Assembly (NCBI GenBank): GCA_013239625.1
Contig: MU054400.1
Location: 4,155,802 to 4,219,801, forward strand
Direction of reading: 5' to 3'
DNA length: 64,000 bases
Source: Lama guanicoe
Lineage: Eukaryota
Below the pieces are notes generated by a model, which saw only the letters and a list, made by a program, of their open reading frames with translations, did no database searches and had not been told where the DNA came from. Of the stretch, positions 50,727 through 63,575 are shown one piece after another. The position numbers and the translations under genes were made by a program. Numbering within the stretch: the stretch's first letter is position 1; the number at the start of each line of letters is the position of its first letter.

Positions 50727-51323
50727 CTACACAGGCAGGATGGGGGCCTTCCACGGCGGGGCTGCGTCCCGCCTCTAGGGCGACCCCGGCCGCCTGCACT
50801 GAGCACAGAGAGCAGTCTGCCAGCTTCTAAGAAAGAAGCTTCCCCACTCCTAGTGAATCCTTGTAATATGTTGAAACAGCAGCAGATGGGAGATCTGATA
50901 TCTTTCTGATGTTAGATTTAGTCCCTTTCTTGATTGGAGAGTCCAACGATCCTTTAAAAGTGAGCCTAAGAAAGAAAGCTTTAAAAGGACAGACACTGTG
51001 TTCTCAAAATCTAATTTTCCCTAAACTATGAACCTTTTCTAGATAGATCAGTTTCACCTACGTAGCAGCTTGTTGATTTGAAACATATACACTTGGCCCC
51101 TTAATGTCTAATTTGCTCAAGAATTTCTGGATGTAAATTTTCGTAAGATTCCAGGAAGCTACCTTGCAGTATAGCCAGTTTCCCAGAACCTAAAACAAAT
51201 TAGATTAATCATGCTAGAAACGAAATAAAAGTGCCTTGTTGGGGCCTGTTTGGGCAAGCCCGAATGCTCTCTCCTGTTGGCCAAGAGGAAAAGAGCGTCT
51301 GGAAGGGCTTAGCTGCCACCCAC

Positions 51324-51425
51324 CCTGTGCGAAAACAGAGCCGTGCCTCTCCGAGCATCCATGCGGCTTCATTTCAGATGACTCTCCAAGTATTCTATCA
51401 GATGCCGGCATCTTGTTCTCTTCAG
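51324..51425 (-). pseudogene. Decayed exon (A)EENKMPASDRILGESSEMKPHGCSERHGSVFAQ(E)
   Basis: Polypyrimidine tract ttgtttattttctcg (AG apparently mutated, or in-phase alternative aag at 51420); donor G|gtgggt phase 1, matching the 50726 acceptor. Confidence 0.45.
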
Positions 51426-54400
51426 CGAGAAAATAAACAACAGGCACAGCTTTCGGTGATTTTTATTTGTGATAAGTGTGATCTGGGGACGCCGGGGCTC
51501 AGAACGACCAAGCCTTCGTTTTCCTTAACGATCATCCAGCGGAGCTATTTTTCTCCTGTCCTTGGTGTGCTGGGCATCCTTCCCCACCCACCCTCCGGTT
51601 CTGTACTCCTATCAGTGCTGGCATCTCGGTGTGCATGGGGGTATTCACAAGCCTCGGAGAACGCGTGGGTCTGGCAGCGCCTGACACCTGATGTGTTCTT
51701 GTTGATTTCTTCCTTGCAACCGCATGAACTCCCGCGTGTCCCAGAACGGCCGGAGGAGCCCCGCCCGGGGCCATGTGTCCCCAGCCGCGGGCTGCCAGCC
51801 TGCACAGAGCCCGGCTCACCGCTGCACGAGGCGGCGCTGGTTCCCAGGCGCTGTCACTCGATCTCTCCCCTGCTCTCGCCAGCATTCAGGAACTGAAAGT
51901 ATTTACTTTGTGTTGGCTCGACAAAACCCAATAAACAGCAACGTTCGCAGGGCCCAGAACACATGCCAACGGAGCGGAGGGAGGAGGGTCCAAATGGCCC
52001 CAGTTATGCTTCCAAGAGGGGTTTTCTGGGATGCGAAACCCAGAGGCACCCCCAGTCTCAGATTTCTTTTGCCTCTGAAGTCAGCATTTCCTGACCCCGG
52101 CCTTGGAACCGAATAAAAGTATGATCTGCACCCTCATTTTCATTTCTACATCTCGTTCTGTGAAATGTAGCTAAAAAGGGTTTTCAAATCATCTTCCCTG
52201 TTTCCAATTAGGGACTTGCTCATTTACTCAACGAGTCATTTAATACATTTTTACCGAGCTACCAACACTTTCTGGGATCTATTCTGGGTGACAGAGATTC
52301 AATAATGAACAAAAGAGAATCTCAAACCTCAAGAAGATAAATCAACAGAATAGTTTCAGATTGAGACACCAGACATGAAAGAAACAGACTAGGGGGCTTG
52401 ATGGTAACGGGGAAGCTGGGATCGACAGGGAATTAGAGCAGGCTTCTCTGAGATGCTGTGGGTAAGACCTCAGAGTGCAGGGGCCAAGTGAATGAAGCAT
52501 ATGGGGGAGAAGGTATCTCTATCACTGACTCACTCCTATATTTTTTCAAGCTGTTGGTCCTCGCTACCATCACGTCAATTTTTTATTCTTGTATGTGATG
52601 CTGTACCTGTTTAATCACCAAGAACATGAAAACGCTGGCCATAAGCAGAATTCCTTGAAGTTTAGCAGAAGCAACATGGAATGTTGACAACATCCTCCAA
52701 AGCCGTGGTGAAACGGTGCAGCCCAGGAGGCTTGGCGACCCTAGGACACATGGCCCCAGGACAACCTGATCGAAATGCTAGGTGTCACATCCTACACTTC
52801 TTTGGAATCCTAGTCTTAAGGAACTCCAAGTCATCGGGGTACGGCAGCTCTCCCAGGGAGCCCAGAGCCAATGTAAATTGAGTTGATCCTTGGCATCATG
52901 CAAGATGGCAAGTGTAGGGCTGGAAGCTTTTGGACCTGGATGGGAGTTCTGCCTTTTCTCCCGGTGTCCTTGGGAAGGTGACTTGCCCTCCTGAGCCTCT
53001 GCTTCCCTGTCTGTGAAATACTGTGGGATAATATTTGAAACAAATCTCTGGTGCATGGTAACTTTTCCATTTCATTAAGTGAACAGAGTCTTCTTCAATT
53101 AGAAACCTATGCAAATGAAGACCTGGGGTATCATCACCCAAATAGTGGCTTCTGGTCTGAGCACTTGTCATTTGAGTCAATGAATTTTCAACAGCAGAAT
53201 GGTAAGTAGGGAAAAGGAGCAGAAATTCTCTGAGGGCATTCCAGAGAGAATTACTCTTAGAAAAGAGAACTGCTTTTGTCCTTCAAGGGTGAAGTTGGCT
53301 GGGAAAACAGGGGATACAGTCAGATCCAGCTGGCTCAGGTAGGGGCACCAAGCACCCGCAACTCTTGTGAATTTTGTCTCAAGTTCTCTTCCTGTTCCCA
53401 GCAGCGTTTGCTGGCACAGTCCTGCGTGCTGTGATTTCATCCTGGGGGGCTCCTTCAATATTCCCTCCACCTCTTGAGAACCATATTGACAAAAGCTGGG
53501 TGATTCTGTTGTCATTGGGTTCAGGAGACCTCTGTCTCTTCTTTTGTAAAATGAGTTACAGCCTCTAAAGGATCACCAGTTTCTTCACACACTAACATTA
53601 ACCACGCACAAGATTCTCTAAGTGTAATGTCTCATGTACAACTTGCTGCTCTATGTAAGGAAATAAATGGTCAGGGAAGCTAGTTAATTTCTCCTGCCAC
53701 TAGAAAATGGCTTTCCTTTGGACTAAGACATCAGCGAATTTTCCGGTCTTAGTGGCTTTACAACATCAGTCAGACTATTACACTTTTTTCTCTCTCAAAG
53801 TAGAATTATATATTAAAAATTGAAGAATGAATTATTTAATGGCTAAAGAAGTAACAGTACAGGAGTGTTTTTTATAACTAAAATTGTCAAGATACAATAA
53901 GGAACAATGTCTCCTTGTGTATTTCTGTGCCAATGGATGTGGTTACCAATTCTATAATTTTATAATAATTTTTGTCTCCTTGTAGGACACACTTCTTGAT
54001 TTTGTTTTTAAAGGTTGCCTTAGTGCTTCTGGAATTTTTTTACTGTCATATGTGGATTTTGTGTCACGCTTCACACAAAAAGAAGTTGCTTGAAGTTTTA
54101 ATAGAATTATAGTAAATTAATAGGTTATAGTAAATTAATATATTATGTAATATATAATATATTGACAGACTATTGATAGATTATAGTAAGTTAATAGAGG
54201 GAAAATTTATATCTTTATGATGTTAGTTTCTTCTCCAAGGACTTGATAATGTCTTTTCATTAATTTAGGTATTTAATAGCATTTTAAATATTCTTTATGC
54301 TTCGTAATAAAGTTGTTGCTAAGTACTTTGAATATTCATGCTACTTTGCAAATGAGGCTACCATCAATATATCTACCATCTGGTTATCTCTATATATGAA

Positions 54401-55444
54401 TTAGTGCTGTTAATTTTCTTAGTAATGTTGTCTACTAACTTGTTAGTTGCCCACCTTGCTGAATATATATACATAGCTCAGATATACACCTATGTATATT
54501 TGTATATGTATTTGTATATGTATAAACATGGACTGGAAAAGCAACATAGCAGGGTCATGGCAGTGACTGTGATAGTAATTTCCAGCGGGAGAGGGGGGAT
54601 GAAGGGAAGGAAATTGAAGCAGCGAGGCCAACGAGAAAGAGAGGGTACCAACTTCAGCTGTAATATTGTCATTGCTTTCACTAAAAAGAAACCGAAGCCT
54701 AATTGACAATGTGTTAACATTTATTCATTGTGAATTTTAGGTATGCAGGTATTTGTTTGTTACACCCTGAACCTTTCTGAGTTTTTAAAAACTTAAAAAA
54801 AAAAGTTTTCCGTTGCTTGCACTACGTAGCAGGCTGCCCTCTATTGTACCCCCTGCCAACGTCGCTTACAGGTCACCTGTCTGTACACATGGGGGTTTTC
54901 ATTCTCCGGGCTCTACCCCACTGCCCTGTTCAGCCCCTTTCACTGTCAAGAAGCATCCTTTTCACTGACCTTTTGATCACCTGTCCCCCCCACCTTTCCA
55001 CCAGAACAGAAGCTCTGGGAGGCAAAGTCCCAGGCAGCCCTCTTCCTGGCTCTGTTATGAGCTGCAGAGCAACGCCTGGCGCGCGCGAGGGGCTCACCTG
55101 CTGAACGAATGAGCACTGCCCTTGGAAAGCAGAGAGTAATGCACATCCTGAGCTGCCCTGTCAGCTCTTGGATAAGCTACTCGCAGCTTCTTTTCAGGGT
55201 CAAAATGGAAAAAGTTCTCTGTTTTCAGGAAGGAACAAAGATGAGGTTATGCACTCTTCTTGAATTTGTGAATTACTGCATTTTTCCCACTCAGGAGAAA
55301 GGTCTTTGGCAAATCAGGTTGGGACATGGCTCTGACTGACGTGGCTGCTTCTCCCCCGCCTGGGTCCCCCTCCCACTGCCCTGGCAAAGCACTGCCCAGG
55401 GGGGCCCAGTGGATTCTGTAAGTCCCTCACAAACTCTGTTTCTT

Positions 55445-55976
55445 TTTTTTTTTAATGGAAATATATTTGATTTACAATATTGTGTTAGTTTTAGGTGTAC
55501 AGAAAAGTGATTCAGTTATATGTATTATATTTTTCAGATCATTTTTCATTATAGGTTATTACAAGATATTTAATATAGTTCCCTGTGCTATACAGTAAAT
55601 CCGTGTTGCTTATCTATTTTATATATAGTAATGTGTATCTGTTAGTCCCATATTCCTAATTTATCCCTCCACCCCATCCCTTTCCCCTTTGGTAACTGTA
55701 AGTTTGTTTTCAATGTCTATGAGTCTGTTTGTTTTTTAAATAAATTCACTTAGTAATATTTTTGGGATTCTATATATAAGTGATATTATACAATGTTTGT
55801 CTTTCTCTATCTGACTTACTTCACTTAGTATGATAATCTCTAGGCCCATCCATGTTGCTGCTAATGGCAATATTTCATTCTTTTTTATGGCTGAGTAGTA
55901 TTCCATTATATATATATCCCACATCTTCTTTATCTAGTCATCAATTGATGGACACTTAGGCTGCTTCCATGAAGGC
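55445..55976 (-). mobile_element. 5'-truncated L1 3' end including ORF2 C-terminal remnant
   Basis: ORF 55736-55924 (MEYYSAIKKNEILPLAATWMGLE) is the L1 ORF2 C-terminus; perfect TSD ctctgtttctt (55434-55444, 55977-55987). Confidence 0.92.
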
Positions 55977-56049
55977 CTCTGTTTCTTAAAATTTCCAAGT
56001 ACTCCCTTGCTTGTCTCTGGACATTTAAAAACATATTAAAAGAAAATAA

Positions 56050-56400
56050 GGGGGTAGTTGATGAATGAAATGGGTGAAGGGGGTCAAAAAGTGCAAACTT
56101 CCAGTTATAAAATAAATATATTTTATTTATTACCTGGGAGTGCAATATACAGCATGGTGACTACAGTTAATAATACTGTATTACATGTTTGAAAGCTGCT
56201 AAGAAAGTAGGTTTAAAAGTCCTCATCATGAGAAAAAAAATTGTTAACTATGTGTGGTGACAGATGGTAACTAGTCTTAACATGGTGACTGTTTCATAAA
56301 ACATACCGATGTTGGATCATTATCTGGCACACCTGAAGTTAATATAAAGTTATATGTCAATTATACCTCAATTTTAAAAATAAAATAAAATAGGAAAAAA
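56050..56400 (+). mobile_element. L1MA9-like 3' end
   Basis: gaaatgggtgaagggggtcaaaaagtgcaaacttccagttataaaataaat...ttatatgtcaattatacctcaatt followed by A tail. Confidence 0.85.
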
Positions 56401-56599
56401 AATTTTAAAGCTAAACATTGTGATTTTTGTCACATGAAAAGAGACAAACGGCTAAAATTGATGACTTTAGCAATCTGTTTGCCCTTGTGTTATTTTTTTA
56501 ATACATTTTTTGAAGTAGAGTCAGTTTACAATGCTGTGTGCTTGTGTTATTTTTATTATTCCTTATTAACCTTGGATAGTCACCTCCCAGTTGTTTGAC

Positions 56600-59500
56600 T
56601 TACATTTGTGTTTTTAAAATCTTATTTAAAGTGAGCCGTCGGTATAAAACATTGAACCATTTTTTAAGGATAATATTCTTTAAAATATGAGCCATGTCAT
56701 TATAATAATGATGCCATCATAATATTTACCCCATTATTTATCTAGCTCAAAAACATACACTGACTAGTGCTAGACCTTGACCAACGCCATGTCAAGGTGC
56801 TTGGTATGACATGGTGTATAATTTTTCTGGCATGACCCTGTGTTTTAAAGACCAAACTGTGAAACTGCAAGTAGAAAAAAAGAAATAGCGTGTGCTCTTT
56901 AAAGCTTCCAGGTGTACAGCAGCCGAGTTTCCATCATCAGGACCACTGTGGTACGTGATTCGGGGAGAATTCTCCTCCAGCAGGAAGGGAACGGCGCAGA
57001 GTCCACTTGTACCCTGGCCCTGAGCCGCTGAGAATGAGGAAGAGGCTGGAGCAGAAGGGCCATTTGTCTTTGTTATTAGGAAATAAATCACCCTTTGTTT
57101 TCCTGGCCAAACTCCAGGAATGTCATTATTACCAAATAAATTGTGTCGTTACAAATCAATCAAGCCACCTTTCATTTAAATGTGAATTACTTTAATTGTC
57201 TGGGCTTCAGACTTGATTCCACCCCATGGAAACAAATGATTAGATACATAGATCATTCAAACTCTACATTTGGTACAAAACTGTCTACAAAAGCAAGGTT
57301 TTTTTGTGGTTTTTTTTTTTAAGATTAGGCAACAAACCAACTCATCGTTCGATATTCTCTCTTACTTAATAAAGGGGGTACCCCGAAACTTTCCTTGTGA
57401 GTATAAGATCTATTTGGCAAGAAGTTAAAAGCTATCTTTCTCAGAATATGGCAAAAATTACAGACTTGGAGAAACCATGAATTAGGTATTTATGTCCGAT
57501 TAGCATTTGCATATTTTAAGATCTGTCCTTTACTGATAAAGGAATCAGACATGTAAGATTTCGTGAATATTTGGAGGAAATTTCCTAAGGACTTAAAGAT
57601 TGGGTGGATGGATAGTTACTTTTAACCAAGTTTCAATCTACTTTTTGCTGAACAGGAAGATTATAACTAAAACAACCCTGGTTTTAAGTTCTGCTGTGGG
57701 GATTCTTCATGTGGCTTAATAATTTCTTTCGTGGAGTTATCGGCAGCATAGCCAGGATTTCGGAATTAATGACGATACTCAGCGAAAAGGTTGCCCGGTT
57801 TCCCCTCTGGGTTCGCAGTGGGTTCTCACACTGTCCTTTCTCTGTGACCTCTCTCCCACCTCTGACCTCCTCTCAGTTTTCACCCTTGCTTTAACAATTG
57901 ATTTATGATGGGCCCATGGAAGGGTCAAGCCCACTTTTATGGTTTGCTTAAAATATTTCTTTTAGAGTGAGCATCAGAAGTGGTCTTCAATCCCTGCTAA
58001 ACAGTTTCCCCCGGACCTCAAAAGAGGTCTTTACTGCCCATCACTGCACCTTATTTATACCTTTTGTCCTTGTGAAGAGAAACTCATTAAATAAGGCAAT
58101 TTTGAAACTTTTACCAAAATGAATAACTTATAAAAGATGTGGGATTAGCTTTTTTTTTTTTCTCCCCCCAACAAGATTGTCTCTGTCTGCATCTGTAACT
58201 CAGCAGAGGGAAGTGTAAGGAGGAGAGCAGAAAAAGCCCCTGAGAATCATTATAAGCCTAGGATGATTTCTTTTACGGGATCTCTTTTTCTCTGCATTTG
58301 ACAGTTTGATCTCTGCTGGCACCGAGGTCTGCGCGGCCATTGGCATACCCTTACATTCATTGCCTCGACAGTAAATTTCGCCCTTTTGTTTAATCAGACT
58401 CCCTGTTTTGGTTTCAATATACTAAACAATTGCCAAATTTAGAAATGCTTTTTTTTTTTAAACTCTGGGTAATAGAAGGGCCAATTATTTTATTTTTATT
58501 TTATTTTATTTATTTTTTTACCCTTTGAAGATTCGGAAAAATAGAAAGAAATTTGAAAGATAGAACATTACTTGTTTTTAAACACAGATACGATCTGAAA
58601 GATCAAATAGTGCCCTAAAAAAGGAGGGTTTAAGCCAAGATTTATGGCCTGAGAATTAATACAATCTTAATATTCTACTTTGGACCTCAGCACTGGAATT
58701 TAGATTGCCATGAGTTTTTTGCCGCTTTAGTGTGCTTCTGTTAAACAGCACCAGATGATACTCCCATAGATGGCTTCCCCAAACTTATTGATCTACCCCC
58801 TCCTCGGTCATTAAAAGCGTGATTTATTAGTCTGACATTTTTAACAGGGCAAAGCTCAGAGGTTTATTAGAATGGAGTTTTCACTTCCACGTTGCCTTCA
58901 GCAGCTACCAGGGCTCCCAAGCCATCAAGATAACTACGTGGCTTTCTAAGCAGAAGGCAGCTTTTTCTTTGTTTAATTTTTTTTTTTTTAGTGAAATGGT
59001 AGCTTCTACAGATTTAAAAGTGTTTTATACCTATTACATAGCAATGAATTAATTTTTCTCATTTCACCCTTCTCTTTCATGGAAAGCGAGATGTCCCGCC
59101 ACCCCGACTCCCCACCCCGTCCCCATTTAACGCCGTCATTTCCTTAGTGTGCGGCTTGGCAGGACTCCAGGAGTGAGCAAACTTGAACCCAAGGGTCTGC
59201 TGCCAAGAGTCTGTGTGATCTCAGACAAAAGCGTAGGTCCCTGACCCACTGTCTTCCTCGCCCGGGGAAGGGGACCCAGCCGTGAAATAGGAGTCTGTCA
59301 TGCGTGAAATCACAAATCCAGCCACCTAAGTGTGACTGTCCTGGTAGACGAAAATCGTCCAAATTAAGAGGCTGTGGTCTATATCCTAAATTCCTGGTCA
59401 TGGATCTCTATGAATGAGAGCCAACATGTGTGCCCACCATCAAACGGAGATTCATCTGTCTGGATTCTGGCTGGTGCCCAGGAGAGTAACGTGTCAGCAG

Positions 59501-60278
59501 CAGGGGGTATTCAAATGAAGGGATGCTGTGGGGCTGAATTCCTGCCCCGGGTTTGAACCTTCTGTCCCACCAAGTTCTGTGGCTCCTTTTCCTCCCGTGT
59601 CTTCCTGTACTGCATGTCTAATGTGCCCGGATTTTATTAGGAGGCATTGAATAAGAGAAGAAGGAGGAGCTGGAGGAGGAAGAAGAGGAGAAGAAATCAA
59701 GAGAAAGAGAGATGTTTCTTTTGACGTTATTCTATTAGCCGCCATACCACGTATACAGCACAAACCAGAATATTAGCTTCACATCTCCCAGAGATTGTTT
59801 GAATCCAAGTCCTTTTGTTTGCATTCACATCAATTACAGGCACAAGCACACAGCCGGAGACACTAGGGGAAGAGGGGGACTCAGCCCAGGTCTGAAGTTA
59901 GATCTACTGCTAACAAGAAACGACTGCATTTGAGATCTGCTACGATGTGTGTTCTAAGATACCACGACTTTGGCTGAATTTTTAAACTCATGCTTTTGAA
60001 GCAAAAAATGTGGTACAGTACTCTCTCCAATGAATTATAAAATGCCTCCTGTGCTTTTAACCTCCTTCTAAGCTTTCCATTTTTACTTCCTCCTGGCAAG
60101 TAAATGCAGTGGACGTGCCAGTGGTCACTACAGGGAAGCACCGGTTCATCTCTCTTCTGCGGCTGTGGGTCGCCCTCTGATGGGGGTTACTCCAGGAGGG
60201 AGGTGAGCATCGGATGGCCCCGTGTTTCCCTCTTTCTCAGCCAAAGGTGTCCTGGTCCAGACTGGATATGTGTCCCTT
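56600..60278 (-). pseudogene. Possible giant decayed exon (or exon cluster) of the same gene
   Basis: About 3.7 kb with no recognisable interspersed repeat; several long minus-strand open stretches (60278-59884 with one TAA; 59763-59494; 59401-59144; ~58418-58200; 57091-56792); boundaries uncertain. Confidence 0.35.
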
Positions 60279-60414
60279 CTGTGAAGGGACACTTCACAGA
60301 AGCAGGATGGAAATGGAATTTGGCTTTGGGTTCACATTCTCGTCCTTACTGTGAGGTGTGGCCTCAGGGAGGACCTGCCCTGTGTCACATGTTCCAGGGT
60401 CACACAGACCTGAG

Positions 60415-60515
60415 TTTATTTTTTGGCTCAGTAGACATTCTTAGCTACATGAACTTGAAGACGTTGCTCAATCTCGCTGAGCCTCCAGTTGCTCGCCTAT
60501 GAAATGGTACCAGTT
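60415..60515 (+). mobile_element. MIR fragment
   Basis: ttagctacatgaacttgaagacgttgctcaatctcgctgagcctccagttgctcgcctatgaaatgg. Confidence 0.65.
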
Positions 60516-61934
60516 GTCTTCTTTCTGCCAAGACAATTCTGGTTAGCACAGAAGGTGTGGCCGGTGGGGGTTCTGAACACTGGTACTGCCTCTGACTTCC
60601 GCTGAACCTCCACTCACAGCGTGCCCACCCAAATTCTGCGCCCCTGGGGTTTGCAAAGACTGAACCCGAAGGGGGAGGCAGCCACGCCCACTGCACGTGG
60701 CGCCTCTGCTGCCGCGCATGCTCCGTTGTCCCTGCAGACTTCACTTAACAAAACACAAGTTCAAAGAAACAATGATTAGGAATTAACACAGGGCGACAGC
60801 AGAACATTAAACCAGGCCTGGGACCCTCTGAACGTGCCCTCGTGTGAAAATGCCAAAGTTGCACATTCAGTATGTGGGTTGTGGTCAGCAGACATTGCCA
60901 AATGTTCTCCCTGGGGCAACATTAGCCCTGATTAAAACCAGTGGGGTGTGGGACACAGTGGGCTGAGCTCATGGCCACGATAAAACAATATAATCATAAC
61001 GGATTTGAAGTGTGCTATTCGACTGAGATGGGCAAGGGCAGCCTGACCAAGTAGGTAAAATTGGAGTGAGTTTTGGAAATTCCCTGACCTTATTTATTTA
61101 TTCATCTCTGATAGTTTATGTATTTGCTTTGGCAAAACGTGGTTTTGAAGATGTTTTGACTTTTTCTTTAGTACATCATATTCATGGAATGTTTTAAATT
61201 TTCCCTAATGAAAGAAAAAACAATTTGTCAGTTTGTATACCAACTAACTGAAATAGAAGTTATAACAAAACTTGTCTAATTGGACTGATTATGTCTGTAT
61301 TTTACTACACAAATTTTACTCATGGATGAAAAATTCTGAGCAATTCTATACTTTCCCAGGAGATACATTGCACTGTAAAATTCCCAGTTTCTAGATGTTG
61401 TTAATCATAATATGGAGTCTATGAAGGTGCACGGTCCCCTTCTCTTTTTACCAAAGTCTAAGTGGAGGAATAAGGATTAACATGAACGCAAGGACTCCGC
61501 CATGCTGAAGGCTTGGCACAAATAGTGAGTGCAAATATTAAGTTGAAATAGGAATATGAAAAAATAATCAGATAACAGAGTTCAACATCCTTTCAATCTC
61601 TTTAAGGATTCTCTGTGTAAACACAATCACGGGTAGATGAAGAGAGGACTAAATGAGGATTCAAAACACTCTGGTTTAAATCCCAGCTTCTTCCATTTAC
61701 CTTCTGCCCCTCTGTCTCCTAATCTCTACCAATGGTAATAAGCCCTATTCTGTACCCTCAAGGCGTTGCGCTGGTTGTAAGCACTGAATAATAATGTGTG
61801 AAGGAGCTTTGTTAACTACAGCGAGTATGTGATTATTTAGTATTCTGTCGTTACTAATTACATCAGGAGGAGCTGAATGACCTATGGGTGTAATCAAATT
61901 TTTTCTAGACTATCTCTGAAAAGACAAGTTGTTA

Positions 61935-62360
61935 TGTATTAGTTAGGGTAAGTGGTGTTGGTTGCTGTAAGAAACAGTCCTCAAATTTCAGTGGTTTAAC
62001 ACAAGCGTGTTTATTTCTCACTTGTGCTCCAGTGTGATGCATGTCAGATGGCTCACCTGTGTGACTCTCCTCCACGCTGTGACTCAGGGACCCAGGCTTC
62101 TTCCGTCTTATGTTTACTCCGTCCTCAACATGTAGCTTCTACAAATGCTGCAGCATGGCAACAGTGGGAGTTGAGAGATTCATGCAGAGGATTTCTATGG
62201 GCAGTCCTGGAAATACTGTGCATAACATCTGCTCACATAATATTGCCCAGGATGCAGTCAAATGACCTCAAGCTAACTGCAAAGGTAACTGGGAAAGAGA
62301 GTCTTAATGTGCACCCAGAAAGAAAGAACAATATTTGGTAATTATCTAGTCTCTGCCACA
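61935..62360 (-). mobile_element. Old MLT1 LTR
   Basis: tgtattagttagg...ctcaaatttcagtggtttaacacaa...gactcagggacccaggct...tagtctctgccaca. Confidence 0.75.
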
Positions 62361-62814
62361 TTTTGGGAATAAAATGATGGTCCAACATAAGAAAGAATGT
62401 TATTTTTACTTCCTTATAGAAAGAAAAATCTGAAGAGTCATTGTTTATCACTTAAACTAACATCTAGTTAGACTTGGGTTTGAGTCCCGGGCTCTGTTTT
62501 CCTAGATGTATGAAGTAGTTTTCATATTTGAGCTAGCCTTTAGGGAAACATTGATTTAAATAATAATATTTGATTATATTGATGAAGTCAATGATATTAA
62601 CTGCGCATTTGTAATGTATATTGAGTACGAATGTAGGAATTCTGTGGAGGCCAGTACCCACACAGACGTGCACACACGCATGCACACACAGGCTCCAGCC
62701 CCTCATCCCAAATCCAGCTCTAGGAACTATGAAGAGTTAGAGAGTCAAAATTAGCCGCCAGTAAAACAACATGAAATCCACAATTAAGTGCTGGATTGTA
62801 AGGTTCTGACTACA

Positions 62815-63080
62815 AGGCACAGCTTGCAAGCTCTCAGCTTCTCTGCTGAGCTGATCTCATTTTGTTTGGACCACACAGGGTTTGTTTTCCAAGTCTGAAG
62901 TGACATTTTCCAAATCTAAAGATTTTACTCTAAAATTTTCTTGGATAATTTGAAAACCTGGCAACACTGGACTGGCATTCTCCCATGGTAGCCACAGAAA
63001 GAGTTGTATGGTAGTTGGCCCCGCGAGATGGGGGAGGCCTCTCTAGTTTGCCACAGGCCACACCACTCCCTAATGGGACC
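62815..63080. mobile_element. MER102-like hAT-Charlie fragment
   Basis: ctggcaacactggactggcattctcccatgg...agtttgccacaggccacaccactccc. Confidence 0.5.
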
Positions 63081-63369
63081 CACAGCAGGGAATCAATGAT
63101 CATCATCATCATTTGTCATGTGATCACCATGTTGTTTTCCTCTTATTTAAAAAATATTTCTCTATACTTATATCATCATCAAAATTAGGAAATGACAAAT
63201 AGAACAAGAAAATCTTGTGTCTCACAATATGTATGAGACAGTGAACATTTTGAGAGGCTGAAGGAAATTCTTAAACATTTCCTGTGCAAAAAGATTGTGC
63301 CTGCATCCCCCAAAATATAACCTGCACCTGCTGTACATTATCAGCCTGGCCTGGTAGCCACTTAAAAAA

Positions 63370-63575
63370 AAATACAATTTAGATATCATAAAATTCCCCT
63401 GTAGGAAGTGTACATTTCAATAATTTTAGTGAACTTTTTGAGATGCACAACCATTATCACAATCAAAACTTTCAAAGCATTTCCATCACCCCCAAAGTTC
63501 CCTTGTGTTCACTTAGTCATTCTCTGCACCCACCCTCAGCCCCAGGCAACCACAGGTCTGCTTCCTTTCTCTATC
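63370..63575 (-). mobile_element. L1MB-like 3' fragment
   Basis: aagtgtacatttcaataatttttagtg...gcatttccatcaccccca...cagccccaggcaaccac. Confidence 0.7.

Noticed and set aside
50765..50790. CTCF site in cccgcctctagggcg
   Set aside because: Too many mismatches to the CCASYAGRKGGC core on either strand.
51231..51896. Longest ORF in the track (221 aa, plus strand)
   Set aside because: Non-ATG start, no recognisable domain, lies in a GC-rich patch and antisense to a pseudo-exon; consistent with chance.
53177..53515. 112-aa minus-strand ORF as another pseudo-exon
   Set aside because: No convincing acceptor/donor pair, and its upstream edge is MIR-like; not excluded but unsupported.
54107..54196. 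Three copies of ttatagtaa(a/g)ttaata
   Set aside because: Local slippage duplication in AT-rich, probably L1-derived sequence; irregular spacing, not an array.
55736..55924. 62-aa ORF as a host gene
   Set aside because: It is the L1 ORF2 C-terminal remnant inside a TSD-flanked L1.
60410..60540. Minus-strand exon-like segment (accag|...CAG|gtctgt)
   Set aside because: The sequence is a MIR core and the donor is weak.
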